Positions 10,600 through 20,798 of a DNA stretch of 64,000 nucleotides are shown piece after piece. Within the stretch, counting starts at the first letter, position 1; each line of letters begins with the position of its first letter. The notes beneath the pieces were generated by a model. That model saw only the letters and a program-made list of their open reading frames with translations, did not search any database and was not told the origin of the DNA. The stretch is from a virus (taxonomy: Duplodnaviria; Heunggongvirae; Uroviricota; Caudoviricetes; Schitoviridae). Position numbers and translations under genes: made by a program. The DNA lies in the IMG/VR virus record IMGVR_UViG_3300024257_000004; one strand, written 5' to 3'.

Positions 10600-11540
10600 C
10601 GTTTATATTCAACACAGCTCGTTAGGCTGTGCCGGTTCTTGCTTCGCTTACAGCGTTACAGGAAATCAAACTAACCCGGAGGATGCTGACTCGTTTGGAA
10701 CTCTATAAGCGAAGTGAACTCCTGCATGTTTCCATGCAGACTAGACTATATCATCATCCATGTAGGATGCTCACCACTTCCACCCACTTGGGTGTACTCC
10801 CTGCAAAGGGATAGTCGTTGCACGTTCCTCCGAAGAGGCTTCGCTCAGGATTGCCGGTAAATTAATACTACGGGTTTCCCTGAATTCGATGAGTTTGCTG
10901 TACACATTACTGCGTACAGGCGCTAGTTAATTAAGGTTCGAGACCAAAAATAGCCACCTGCGGATTTACGTAACCCACGAGTGACTTTGGATATATTTTG
11001 AAAAGGCACATTAGTTTGGCGAGTAGCTTCCCTATCGCTACAATAGGTAGCAATAAACTCACCAGATTTAGTGTACTGGTGTATCTCTTTAGAGCAGTGA
11101 TCATGAGTAGTTAACCCAGTATCAACTGCATGTTGAGAATTCTCCTGCTCAGTAGCCCATTCTAGGTTAGTTAAGCAGTTATTTAGCTTGTTACCATCGA
11201 TGTGGTTTACATGTGCCTTATTTTCCAAATTAGGTAAAAAAGTTTCACACATAAGTCTATGTACAGGTCTATTTCTACGAGAACCGCTATTGTCTACTAA
11301 TGTAACTATATAATAGTTGTTACTAGTATTTTTACTATTGTTTACTTGTTTAAGTATTTTAGAAGTTCCGTCTATTGTGTTTTTTCGTTTTTTGAGTGAT
11401 AGTACCTCTGTAGTCTCCCTACAGAGGTAATAGTCACTATACCCATTTATTTTTGTAAATTGTTTTTGTTCAAATACCATAGTAATCCTTTTTGTGTAGT
11501 CGAATTATAGGGGTATTTACCTTAAGTGTAACTTATGTTA
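10600..11540 (-). mobile_element. Group I intron (about 941 nt) interrupting DNA polymerase motif A, carrying an HNH homing endonuclease ORF
   Basis: Exon 1 ends with U and the intron ends with G (omega G at 10600). The 3' 320 nt (10600-10922) is GC-richer than flanking DNA and contains GNRA/UUCG-capped helices (CUGCAUG-GAAA-CAUGCAG, CCUC-UUCG-GAGG, GGG-AAA-CCC). An in-frame stop follows exon 1. Removal restores a perfect PolA motif A. Confidence 0.65.
10923..11480 (-). CDS. HNH homing endonuclease (intron-encoded)
   Basis: 185 aa with HVNHIDGNKLNNCLTNLEWATEQEN, an HNH motif followed by an AP2/NUMOD-like region. It lies inside the intron within the polymerase gene. Confidence 0.75.
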   Translation of the reverse strand: MVFEQKQFTKINGYSDYYLCRETTEVLSLKKRKNTIDGTSKILKQVNNSKNTSNNYYIVTLVDNSGSRRNRPVHRLMCETFLPNLENKAHVNHIDGNKLNNCLTNLEWATEQENSQHAVDTGLTTHDHCSKEIHQYTKSGEFIATYCSDREATRQTNVPFQNISKVTRGLRKSAGGYFWSRTLIN

Positions 11541-12603
11541 ACGCTGCATAATCTATCGAGAATACTAGGTACCCTGGAGGAGCTGTAAAGCACTTTTTAA
11601 TAGGCTTAGCGTATATTGACCCAGTTGAAGGCATATTAAGCATATTCGGCCTCTGTGACGTATAACGAGCTGATTTAGCTCCTAGTAGTTTGTAATCTCC
11701 GTAGAGTTTACCGTCTACTGAATATTTATAAAATGCTTCGATGAAGTTATTCTTTACAATTGCTCCGAATGAGAAATCGATAAAGGCTTGAGTTATTTCC
11801 TCAAGAACTGGATCCTTAGTTTCATGGTTAATTCGCTCTATTTGATCACGAGGCCATGATGGGTCACCTGTAGTTTTAGATGTTGTTTCAGATTCAAGAC
11901 CTAACCAAGCAAATAGTTCTGCTTTTTGTTGTGGTGATGATGGTAAAAATTCAGGTAGAAGTTTATCCATAGACACTGTTTTGATCTGCTCACGGTATCG
12001 TTGGTTAATTGAGTCTGCTTTAACTTTGGCTCTAGCTAATTGATTCATAGCTTCGATAGCTATTGGATCCGCTTCTGGCACAGTTTTATCCATTACTGAT
12101 TGCAGTTCAGGGCATATCTGTAAGTAGGCTTTAACTAATTTAGCTGTCCATTTAGGAATACCTAAATCTAGCATGTCCGTTGGCGGAGTTAGTTTAAATT
12201 TTGGGTAGCGTTTACGAAATTCTTCCATGTAGAAAGACCTATGAATAGTGTTACCGTTCTTGAATGTCTTCATAAAGTACTGTACATTACGTAGTTTAGA
12301 GTTGATTTCTTTTAAGTACTCATCTCGTACTTTAGGATATTTCTGCGCATGAAAGTCGATTATGATTTGGTTATTAGCTATAATTTCCTTTACACCAGAT
12401 AGTACCTCATCAAGAGTAGATTCCAATTCAGCTACACGTTCCATGTCTATAGGTAAGCCATTTGACATGATTTTGTTCGTATCTTCAATAAGTGGTTTTG
12501 CTATGTTTTCATAGAAGTAGTCTAGTTGTAATTCAGATGGGTCATATACTGAAGGGGCCGGTTGTGGTAGACACATCCAAGGCCGGTTCTGTTGGTTGCT
12601 CAT
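11541..12603 (-). CDS. DNA polymerase I family (PolA), exon 1: polymerase domain N-terminal part up to motif A
   Basis: 356-aa ORF ending ...FSIDYAAL(T). Motif A begins with DYAAL. It has its own RBS (AGGAG-N7-ATG at 12603). Confidence 0.75.
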
Positions 12604-13270
12604 TGTTAAGCTCCTTTATTTGTTTCTTCATATCATTGTATAAATACATTGTTGCACATGCATCCACAGCTGCGTATTCAAGCATCTTAGGGTCCATTTT
12701 GTTAGCTTCAGTAAATTCTAGCTCATCGGCAATAGACCATTCACCGTATACGGATCCTGCTAAATGCTTCAGTCCTGTAAGTGCTTTACTAATATCACAG
12801 TGGTTGATTAATGTTTTAGCTAAGATCTGCGTATCTTCATAATTCTTAGGGAATCGACCAGTGAAATATCTAATTAATTTACCATCGTAACCTAAGTTAT
12901 GCCATATTTGCTTAATTTCCGTTGTAACTATCCAGTTAAGTACATACTCGTGAATTTCCGGGTTAAATACTATAACAAATGAATCATATTCAGATGTAGC
13001 AATTGACATGTGAGTTATCTGTATTAATGATGGGTGTGATAACCCGTCTGATGTAGTAACTTGGTTAAGATATACTAATTCCGGATCACGAAAGGGCACA
13101 TCAAGTTCCTCACGGTAATCTTTAGCTGCTACTACTTCCTCCTTAGAGTAAATAGAGGCAGCTTCAAAATCGGCAGCGATTGGTTTATTTGCTGGTAGAT
13201 TAGCCAGGGCTTGTTTGACTTGAGGTAACGTTGTATAGTGTACCCAGTCTACTTTACGAAATGGGTTCAT
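12542..13270 (-). CDS. DNA polymerase 3'-5' exonuclease domain (separate ORF or frameshifted N-terminal part of PolA)
   Basis: 242 aa. The Exo I motif is IAADFEAAS, typical of DnaQ-like proofreading domains. It ends 62 nt inside the next ORF, in a different frame. Confidence 0.65.
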   Translation of the reverse strand: MNPFRKVDWVHYTTLPQVKQALANLPANKPIAADFEAASIYSKEEVVAAKDYREELDVPFRDPELVYLNQVTTSDGLSHPSLIQITHMSIATSEYDSFVIVFNPEIHEYVLNWIVTTEIKQIWHNLGYDGKLIRYFTGRFPKNYEDTQILAKTLINHCDISKALTGLKHLAGSVYGEWSIADELEFTEANKMDPKMLEYAAVDACATMYLYNDMKKQIKELNNEQPTEPALDVSTTTGPFSI

Positions 13271-13568
13271 TAGTTATCCTTTGGTTATTAATTTCGTTTT
13301 CTATACGTTCTAATAAAAATTCTTGTTCCGGGTTTGGTTCACCTGTTGATATGTCATCAAATAGTGATTTCAAAAAGAACAATTTATCCATGTCAGTTGA
13401 CCTAGTTAATAGTATCATTCTAAGGTTTAGTTCAAGAGTATTAGCTACAGATTCAGTCACATAACGAGAGATTACATCGTAAGTTAAACTAGCTGCGTTA
13501 GAAGTTACTAACGTAGCTTTAGCGTAGTCTGCAGTTGCTGCAACCGTACTAGCTACTTGATCGTTCAT
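13254..13568 (-). CDS. Hypothetical protein
   Basis: 104-aa ORF in the operon. Confidence 0.45.
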   Translation of the reverse strand: MNDQVASTVAATADYAKATLVTSNAASLTYDVISRYVTESVANTLELNLRMILLTRSTDMDKLFFLKSLFDDISTGEPNPEQEFLLERIENEINNQRITNEPIS

Positions 13569-14448
13569 CTCGTAGTCTCCAGTCTTGAGCCAACAGGTGC
13601 CTGAATTCTGGCGATTTGTTCCAATGGTCCACTGAATGCGCTATTAGTTTAATAACACCCTCAACCATGTCAAAATCCTCATCAGTAATTTGCTCAGTAA
13701 GAGTAACTACTTGTGATGGGTATTGAGTTAAAGGTTTACCAGTTTTCTCAGATACTCTACCTGTGTCATTCTTAGTGATGTAAATAATTCTAACTCTATC
13801 AATAGTAATACCCATTTGCTTAAGTACCCAAGCGTACGTCAATAACTGCATTTTATGTGAGTATTGAATGTTCTTAGGTAATGAAGTAGGTCTAGTACCA
13901 GTAGTTTTGTAGTCACAGATGATTCCACCGTCACATGAAACTAAGTTATCAAATGAATGGTCATCAGATGAGTACTTAGGATTCTCCAGCGTAAGGTTAT
14001 CTATCGATCCGCCAACATGAATTCCCGGTAATACTTCATTTGCAATGAATGGTTCTACATGTGTAGGCATATTCTCTTGTAAATATGAATTAACACCTGT
14101 TTCAGCCATAACTTTGTATTGGTCTCTAATGTAAGATTCATCAATTTCAGCTTCAAAATCTGCTGATGATGGATCACAATGTTTAGTTATGTATAGCTCC
14201 ATTTGTTCTTTATCTTCGTCAGATAGGTGTTGTTTAGCTGCGTATTGCTCAAGAATGTAATGTACAATAGTACCAGTTACAGATGCTGAGTTTCCAGTGA
14301 AACCGCTTTCTCCAAGTAGGTTCTCTCTGTACCAAGCGTTAGTTGCTGTGAAGAATTTACTGATACCAGATGCTGATATTCTGAATTCACCCTCAGGTAC
14401 TACATTAGTACCGTTGTTGTAGTCTAGTTTTGTTATTATTTGTTGCAT
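13549..14448 (-). CDS. PD-(D/E)xK family nuclease (RecB/Cas4-like domain)
   Basis: 299 aa with IICDYKTTG (the hhDYKTG hallmark) followed by a QxxxY motif (QLLTY). Confidence 0.65.
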   Translation of the reverse strand: MQQIITKLDYNNGTNVVPEGEFRISASGISKFFTATNAWYRENLLGESGFTGNSASVTGTIVHYILEQYAAKQHLSDEDKEQMELYITKHCDPSSADFEAEIDESYIRDQYKVMAETGVNSYLQENMPTHVEPFIANEVLPGIHVGGSIDNLTLENPKYSSDDHSFDNLVSCDGGIICDYKTTGTRPTSLPKNIQYSHKMQLLTYAWVLKQMGITIDRVRIIYITKNDTGRVSEKTGKPLTQYPSQVVTLTEQITDEDFDMVEGVIKLIAHSVDHWNKSPEFRHLLAQDWRLRDERSSS

Positions 14449-14464
14449 TATTTATTTTCCTTTA

Positions 14465-14677
14465 TTAGTTTAGTTTGTACCACTCTATATCAGTAAGTGG
14501 CGCATTTGGGTTATGTTTAAAATAGTTTAGCGCTTCCATGTACATAGATAACCCGAAGCACCCATATTGTGATGCCTGTTCTTTAAGTTTATGTTTTAAT
14601 TCTTCAGTGAATCTTGATTTGTACTTAAAGTAATTTAATCGTGAAAGTTCGTATCCTGGCTCTTGTGCGTATTTCAC
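14465..14677 (-). CDS. Hypothetical small protein
   Basis: 70-aa ORF. Confidence 0.4.
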   Translation of the reverse strand: MKYAQEPGYELSRLNYFKYKSRFTEELKHKLKEQASQYGCFGLSMYMEALNYFKHNPNAPLTDIEWYKLN

Positions 14678-14691
14678 TAGTTATCCTTTAA

Positions 14692-15003
14692 TTACTCGTA
14701 GTAACTTGATATTTCTTCATTTGACGTATTTTGTAAGAATAGTAATACTTCTTCTCCGAAGTCAGTAAGCCATCCACCTCTAGGTGATGAGCCGTATTCA
14801 ATACAGTCACAAAGCAGTCCTAGGAATAGCCAATACTCACGCACCGTATATAAGTTGTCCGGTATATCAGTAGAGATAAATTTGTCATCCGCCTTCCACT
14901 GCAAGATAGTTCTGAATGCATCAAAGACTTCCTCGTCTGACAGTTCACCGTACGCCAATATTGGTAATTCGTCATACCATTCCTTGAATTGTTCATGCGT
15001 CAT
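14692..15003 (-). CDS. Hypothetical protein
   Basis: 103-aa acidic ORF. Confidence 0.45.
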   Translation of the reverse strand: MTHEQFKEWYDELPILAYGELSDEEVFDAFRTILQWKADDKFISTDIPDNLYTVREYWLFLGLLCDCIEYGSSPRGGWLTDFGEEVLLFLQNTSNEEISSYYE

Positions 15004-15004
15004 T

Positions 15005-15364
15005 TTAGTCCTTTAGTAGATCTGTGTTTTCATATATGTTTCCGATTACTTCTCTTTCTTTAAAGTATAAAACACTACTTAGAGTATTTCTTTTATTGCT
15101 TAGAGTAAAACTATTATTTACATAATTTACTATATAACTATTAATAGAGTTTTTGTCAGCAGTCATTATGTCACCCTCGTAAATTTCTACACCATTCTTG
15201 TCTTTAAGGCCGGTGTACTGCACTTTATATTTACAATTACCCCAACCCACTACACCATTAAAAGCTTTTCTATCTTCTATCTGATCCAGGGTAGCATCTC
15301 TGTGAAATGTTTTACGGTTTGGTAAATCTACGTTAAAGTAATATCTAAACTTAATCTCTCTCAT
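15005..15364 (-). CDS. Hypothetical protein
   Basis: 119-aa ORF beginning MREIKFRYYF. Confidence 0.45.
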   Translation of the reverse strand: MREIKFRYYFNVDLPNRKTFHRDATLDQIEDRKAFNGVVGWGNCKYKVQYTGLKDKNGVEIYEGDIMTADKNSINSYIVNYVNNSFTLSNKRNTLSSVLYFKEREVIGNIYENTDLLKD

Positions 15365-15375
15365 CGTTTATTTCC

Positions 15376-16668
15376 TCATATGATAAATTTTGGTTGTGGT
15401 ATATTATCCTCTTGCGATAATTCCTGATTCTTAATTGGTTTCTTTCGCTTAAGATTACGTTCTGCCTGTTCAGCTGATTCTTGTAAAATATTATACCACC
15501 TGCCCCTGTCGTCATCACCAGTGTATATGTAACATTTAATCTTCATTCGACTGATACCGACGTATAACAATCTCAACATTAGATCAAGATTAATAGGGTT
15601 GTTATACTTAGATTTAGGTGTTTCATAAGCATTTACAATATCTAGTGCATCTAAGAATACGTAGTCAATTGATTCGCCTTGTGATTTATGTACAGTTGAA
15701 GCGTACACATGTTTAAGTCTAAATGACTTATCAAATAAGTCCCAGTAACCGTTTTCGTTACCTTCTAGTTGCAATTCACCTAACAGTTTAGTCAACTTAG
15801 AAGAAGCCTTATAGTGCCTAATCCAAGACATGCTGCCATTATCGGTTACTACTCGTATAGAATAGTAGTCGTCCAGTTCCTCTAAGTCGTTTATTATTAC
15901 TACATCCTGGTTGTGTGCAATTTGACCGATTGGTTTATCCAGTATTACAGCGTCTCCAATATTGAATGTATCACCGTCATTGATATTAGCGTTATACTTC
16001 TCCACCACGTTGTTTCTATAAGCAATAATCTTCTTATTACCCTCACAGGTTACGTACTTACGGCAAAATACCTTGTGGTCATCGATTAACTCAATAGCTG
16101 GAGCTTCTGTACCTAATTCAGGTAAATTACCTTCCTTTATTGCTGTACGGTATGTATCCATATATGAAGCTAGCTTATCGCACGGTTGTTGTCTCATCTG
16201 TTCAGTCAAATTGATCTGATGTTTGGCGAGTTTAGCTAATTTAGGTTTATTAGATACTGCTGGTAGCTGGATAGGATCTCCTACAAATAGTAGTTGATCA
16301 TATGAGTCACCTAAAGCTTCTAGAGCTGCAGTGAGTATTCTGTCAGGTAGCATAGATACTTCATCAATAACTAAAAGTCTTGTTTCCTTTAGATCGTGAT
16401 TACCATTCTGAACAAGTACCTGTTTATAGTTAATGTTAGTTAAACGAAATCCAAAGTACTTATGTACAGTCTGAGAAGGTCTACCCGTCATTTGTGATAA
16501 AACTGATTTAGCTTTATGTGTAGATGCTGTTAGTATTGAAGGTATATCATGAATAATTTGTGATACTGTGAATGACTTACCGGTACCGGCTTCACCTGTC
16601 AAGTAAGTTATAGGAGCCCGTTCTTTAATGACCCTGTCGTATACTTGTTGTTGTTTTTCGTTTAGCAT
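15376..16668 (-). CDS. Dda/RecD-like SF1B DNA helicase
   Basis: 430 aa with Walker A GEAGTGKSFT and Walker B LLVIDEVSM, plus the C-terminal motifs of an AAA_30/UvrD_C_2 architecture. Confidence 0.8.
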   Translation of the reverse strand: MLNEKQQQVYDRVIKERAPITYLTGEAGTGKSFTVSQIIHDIPSILTASTHKAKSVLSQMTGRPSQTVHKYFGFRLTNINYKQVLVQNGNHDLKETRLLVIDEVSMLPDRILTAALEALGDSYDQLLFVGDPIQLPAVSNKPKLAKLAKHQINLTEQMRQQPCDKLASYMDTYRTAIKEGNLPELGTEAPAIELIDDHKVFCRKYVTCEGNKKIIAYRNNVVEKYNANINDGDTFNIGDAVILDKPIGQIAHNQDVVIINDLEELDDYYSIRVVTDNGSMSWIRHYKASSKLTKLLGELQLEGNENGYWDLFDKSFRLKHVYASTVHKSQGESIDYVFLDALDIVNAYETPKSKYNNPINLDLMLRLLYVGISRMKIKCYIYTGDDDRGRWYNILQESAEQAERNLKRKKPIKNQELSQEDNIPQPKFII

Positions 16669-16677
16669 TTAAGTTCC

Positions 16678-17841
16678 TTAGTTCGATATTTCGAAATTAC
16701 CTACTGAATCAGTACCGTCAACATGATCCCATGTGTAATCAGTGTAAGCTGAATCAGCTAAAGCTAATGCTTCTGCTTCAGACGCAGCCTCTACTGTAGT
16801 AGATTCAGTTATTGACTTAGTAGCTAGTACTGTGTAAGTTTGCAATGATCTGTACATAGTTAAGTCATAGTCATTGTGGAATTTACATTCACCAGTTAAC
16901 AGCCACTGAGTTGATATAACATCGTTATTAGCGTTTCTAACATACCCTACAATAATATCATCAGTTATCTCTAGTAGTCTGCATTTGAAGTCTGGGTTAT
17001 TGAATGTATAGTTACCTATACTAATAGTTGGACTACAATCGACAACCTGTTTAGTACTGTCAAAGTCTGGTACGTCGTCTACTGCTGGTTCAACTACAGG
17101 CAGTTGTGCAGGTTCTGTATCTGATTGATGTCGTTTCTTCCTAAGGAAGTTATTATATAAGATAGAAACACCTAAAGATTTCTTCATAGCTTCAATTATT
17201 TCAGATTCGTCGGCAACTGTAGTTGAGTCTGTACTGATAACCTTTACTGATTTTTTACGTTTAGTTTGTTTAATAGTTACTACAGCGGTAAAAGGTTCGT
17301 AAGGAGCAGTTACAGTTACTGTACTCTGGTCATATGAGATTAATTGAGCAGTTCCAGACTCATCCATAAGGATTAAGTAGCTTTCCCTGCCTTTTTCTGG
17401 TAATACGTATAGTCCGTAGAACCTTTTATTCGCACAGGCATCAAAACTAATATCCTTAGTTCCAGTTTTGACTTCGTGTAAATTAGTAATTCTAGGTTTG
17501 TCATCATCATCATCAGTGATTGTGACTACTACGTCAGGTTTAACTTCGGCTTTTACATGAGATATATACTCTAACCTGAAAGGTGCGCTAGAGCTACTGA
17601 ATCTACCGTTGTCCGCTAATCTTACTTTAATAGAGGTAGAAACTTCTATCTTTCCAGCAGCTTCATAAAATTTAGTATTTTGTGGAGCTGCCATGTAGTG
17701 TATATTACCAAGTATACTAACTTCCCATACGTCTTGGGTCCAAGTTGGGTTAGGTGGTGGTAAGATATCTACTATGTTAAGTATAAATTCTTTTGTATTG
17801 TATTTGGCATATAGCCACGGTAAATTAGTTACCTTCATCAA
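16678..17841 (-). CDS. Hypothetical protein
   Basis: 387-aa ORF with no recognised motifs. Confidence 0.5.
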   Translation of the reverse strand: MMKVTNLPWLYAKYNTKEFILNIVDILPPPNPTWTQDVWEVSILGNIHYMAAPQNTKFYEAAGKIEVSTSIKVRLADNGRFSSSSAPFRLEYISHVKAEVKPDVVVTITDDDDDKPRITNLHEVKTGTKDISFDACANKRFYGLYVLPEKGRESYLILMDESGTAQLISYDQSTVTVTAPYEPFTAVVTIKQTKRKKSVKVISTDSTTVADESEIIEAMKKSLGVSILYNNFLRKKRHQSDTEPAQLPVVEPAVDDVPDFDSTKQVVDCSPTISIGNYTFNNPDFKCRLLEITDDIIVGYVRNANNDVISTQWLLTGECKFHNDYDLTMYRSLQTYTVLATKSITESTTVEAASEAEALALADSAYTDYTWDHVDGTDSVGNFEISN

Positions 17842-18288
17842 TTACTCCTTATCGTCTAGTAAATTGCTGAAATATCTCCCAGCTATGTTTTTATTGTAGT
17901 AGTTATCGTTGATACACGCTTCTACTTTAAATAGTTCTCTATCCTCAAGGTAAGATAAATACTGCTTTTTGTGTGAATAGAATAAAATAGTTTTAGTTAT
18001 TACTTTATCTTCAGGGTCAATATCTTTACTGCTACTTTCGTAGTTGCGCCATTTAGATTCTGTGGCAACTAATTCCATAGCTACACGTTTGCTCTTCTTG
18101 ATGCGGTTAAGGAACTTGATATGCCCTTTACGTGGTTTGCCAGATTTTAGTGCAGTTTTCTCGTTGTATGAGTGAACTTGCTTCTTACCAATGTACTTCA
18201 GCCCTGATTTGTACGTCAGCTCGTAAACAAACCCAAATACGTCATCAGGTATAGTGTCTACAGGCAGGTTTTTATGAGTCCATTCCAT
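17842..18288 (-). CDS. GIY-YIG nuclease domain protein (free-standing homing-endonuclease-like)
   Basis: GFVYELTYKSGLKYIGKK, a GIY-(9 aa)-YIG arrangement. The C-terminal ELF...NYYNKNIAGRYF resembles the end of the I-TevI catalytic domain. Confidence 0.55.
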   Translation of the reverse strand: MEWTHKNLPVDTIPDDVFGFVYELTYKSGLKYIGKKQVHSYNEKTALKSGKPRKGHIKFLNRIKKSKRVAMELVATESKWRNYESSSKDIDPEDKVITKTILFYSHKKQYLSYLEDRELFKVEACINDNYYNKNIAGRYFSNLLDDKE

Positions 18289-18290
18289 AG

Positions 18291-18983
18291 TTAGATCCTA
18301 GCTTTAATTTGGTTTGATACTGTTAATAGACAATTGCTGTAGTAGTCAAGTTCAACTAGTTTATCATCGACTTCTGGTAACTTAGTGTATAACTCATCCA
18401 TGTATTCATTAATATGTTTGTACTTAATACTCTTGTTTGGCAAATGGTTAACTATGTTTTGTAGTTGTATAATTTTAGTTAGATACTCATTACCGTTACC
18501 CCTGTTAGCATAATGTCTACCCGAGGTAGGTAAAGGTCCAGTTAAATAGCTATATAATGAGTCTGTATACATTCTCCAATTAACAGTAAAATTAGTAGGG
18601 TTATCCTCTGTTACGGTAGAAAAATTAGTTATAATATCACCAGAATTGCCTGGCATTTCAACATGCGTAGTGTGTTGGAATACTTCCATCATCCGTTCGT
18701 AAGTTGGTAAATCTGGTGATTGATGTTTGAAGTACCGTAGCATAAGTTCTGTAGCCTGGTTACGTAATGAGTACTCTATAAAGTCTGGTAATTCTTTTGA
18801 AGACTTCTCTCTAAGACGTTCATAAGCATATGTAGCTAACATGAAAGTATGTTCAAGTTCTCTTGTTGGTGAGCTACTATCAATCCCGTGTAAGGTGTTT
18901 TGCCTAACGGCTGATTCGTAGTCTTTAACGTATTGCGCTTCTTTTATTTTGTTGTACTTAAGTATAAAATCAAAGTCATTCAT
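18291..18983 (-). CDS. Hypothetical protein
   Basis: 230-aa ORF. Confidence 0.5.
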   Translation of the reverse strand: MNDFDFILKYNKIKEAQYVKDYESAVRQNTLHGIDSSSPTRELEHTFMLATYAYERLREKSSKELPDFIEYSLRNQATELMLRYFKHQSPDLPTYERMMEVFQHTTHVEMPGNSGDIITNFSTVTEDNPTNFTVNWRMYTDSLYSYLTGPLPTSGRHYANRGNGNEYLTKIIQLQNIVNHLPNKSIKYKHINEYMDELYTKLPEVDDKLVELDYYSNCLLTVSNQIKARI

Positions 18984-19285
18984 TATTTGCCCTTTTCTAT
19001 GTATAGGTATGTACCTAGTTTTAATTTCTTCTCTGTGTCCGCTTTCACTTCATCTAAGAATATATTTCTGTATTTTCCAGTCGTTCTTGAGTAGTCGTAT
19101 GCTGGGTAGATAATTACTTTATTGTTTATTTTAGCAGCTATCTTAGTGTTGTATGAAAAGAATACTTGTAGATTATTTGCAGTATCTCTAAGAATAATTT
19201 GATTCCCTGCGGTATCTAATCGTTCTACGGAAATACTAGTTAGTTGATTGAGTTTAGTTAACTCTGAGTTAGTTAGTGTAGTCAT
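18983..19285 (-). CDS. Hypothetical protein
   Basis: 100-aa ORF. Confidence 0.45.
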   Translation of the reverse strand: MTTLTNSELTKLNQLTSISVERLDTAGNQIILRDTANNLQVFFSYNTKIAAKINNKVIIYPAYDYSRTTGKYRNIFLDEVKADTEKKLKLGTYLYIEKGK

Positions 19286-19326
19286 TTAATGCTCCTGTTT
19301 AATTGCCCAGGAGAAGGCAGTTATCG

Positions 19327-20763
19327 CTAAGGGATAACTACATTAGTTCCTGGTACTTTAGTTGTGTCTACCGGTCTACCATCGGATGGTGATACCCAGT
19401 AGCAAGTTAATTTACCCATGATTGGGTACTTATAGAATGTATCTTCAATATCTGAATAGTTATCAGAAAACGACATATATAGGTATTCTGTAGGATTAGT
19501 TACTTTTAGGTTAGCTATGTGCTTGAATACATCCAAATGAGATGTACCGCCATTTCCGTGTCTGGTACCGATTGCTTTTCTGAACATCGGGTCATCTGCA
19601 ATACTATCATCTGCTTGAAGTGTGAATTCTTTCAGTACAGCTGAAGTATGTGGTAATACAATGATTTCGCTAATTCTTTTAGACTGTTTTTCAAATAGAC
19701 CTAATAACTTCTGTAAATCACTATATGACATTGAGCCAGAGTTATCAATAGATAAGATTAGCTTAATAGTCTTTTTTATGTGCTTGTGCTTAGGTGCTGA
19801 ATAGATATGCCTATAGGTATTGTTTAAACCTGCCCAAGTAGCCTCATGCTCATTAGTTCTATGATAAACCACTCTGTGAAAAGACTTAGCTAGTTTCTTA
19901 AACCATGATGTGTCTACTTTAACAGAGTCAAATGTAGCAGCAAATAGGTCACCTACACCAGTACCCTTACAGTTAGATGAGATATCGTTATGTAATTGAT
20001 CAGCTAATGATGTAATAGAAGCGTCAACTTTGCCTAGGCCTGTTTGATACCCATATTCACCGAGGTCAGGGTTACAGCCGTGAGATACTTTTTCAGGTAT
20101 AACATAATGTTTACCGTTAATATTTACTTTCTTTAAGTACTTCTTGATACTAGTCACTTTCAGCGTTGGAGCAGAAAAAGCTATTTCTTTGATAATATCT
20201 TCTGCACTTAGGTCTGATGACGGCGCTGGGTAAAGGCTATTAAGTTCATTAATAGCCTTAGTAGCTGGTGCTAAGACATTTAGTATAGCACGCATTTTTT
20301 GTCTTATTACCTGGTCGTTAGCAATTTCTACTAGCATATGGATATCTTGCTTATCGCCAATAACCCTAGCTAATGACTGAGTATGAGCTAGTGTACCATG
20401 CTTAAGTATAATGCTATGCATGTTTCTTAGGTAGTGGTATGAGAACAGTAAAGGTTTCTTCTCTATGATTCTAAGTAGGTGCTTAAGGTGTTTTTCGTCT
20501 TTATACACAAACTTAAACTCAACTGTTGAAGGGTTATCTGGATTTATGTATGAAATGAATTGATTATCTAAGTCTTCTATTGATAGTGTTTTAGTGACAG
20601 TAGTATTATCATCCTGTACTGCTGAAATATTTACACCTAACTTAAGTATCATACCCGTCGATAGGAATGATGTTTTCTCTTGTTGCATAAGAATATTAAT
20701 GTTCTTCATAATGTCTTTAAAGATTGTCTCTTCGGCTTGTTTAATAAATTTTTCGTATTTCAT
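19327..20763 (-). CDS. von Willebrand factor A domain protein (CobT-like partner of the AAA+ ATPase)
   Basis: 478 aa with the MIDAS motif LSIDNSGSMS in the C-terminal half. It lies directly downstream of a MoxR/CobS-like ATPase. Confidence 0.65.
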   Translation of the reverse strand: MKYEKFIKQAEETIFKDIMKNINILMQQEKTSFLSTGMILKLGVNISAVQDDNTTVTKTLSIEDLDNQFISYINPDNPSTVEFKFVYKDEKHLKHLLRIIEKKPLLFSYHYLRNMHSIILKHGTLAHTQSLARVIGDKQDIHMLVEIANDQVIRQKMRAILNVLAPATKAINELNSLYPAPSSDLSAEDIIKEIAFSAPTLKVTSIKKYLKKVNINGKHYVIPEKVSHGCNPDLGEYGYQTGLGKVDASITSLADQLHNDISSNCKGTGVGDLFAATFDSVKVDTSWFKKLAKSFHRVVYHRTNEHEATWAGLNNTYRHIYSAPKHKHIKKTIKLILSIDNSGSMSYSDLQKLLGLFEKQSKRISEIIVLPHTSAVLKEFTLQADDSIADDPMFRKAIGTRHGNGGTSHLDVFKHIANLKVTNPTEYLYMSFSDNYSDIEDTFYKYPIMGKLTCYWVSPSDGRPVDTTKVPGTNVVIP

Positions 20764-20798
20764 TGTGTATCCTTTATTTATACGGTATTATACCATAA

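Noticed and set aside
10629-10814. Plus-strand 61-aa ORF in the GC-rich region next to the polymerase
   Set aside because: It lies inside the predicted group I intron core, antisense to it. The GC richness is explained by RNA structure rather than coding.
12492-13464. Plus-strand ORFs (116 aa and 77 aa) overlapping the polymerase exonuclease region
   Set aside because: They are antisense to a conserved DnaQ-like domain and have hydrophobic, low-complexity composition typical of antisense frames in AT-rich DNA.
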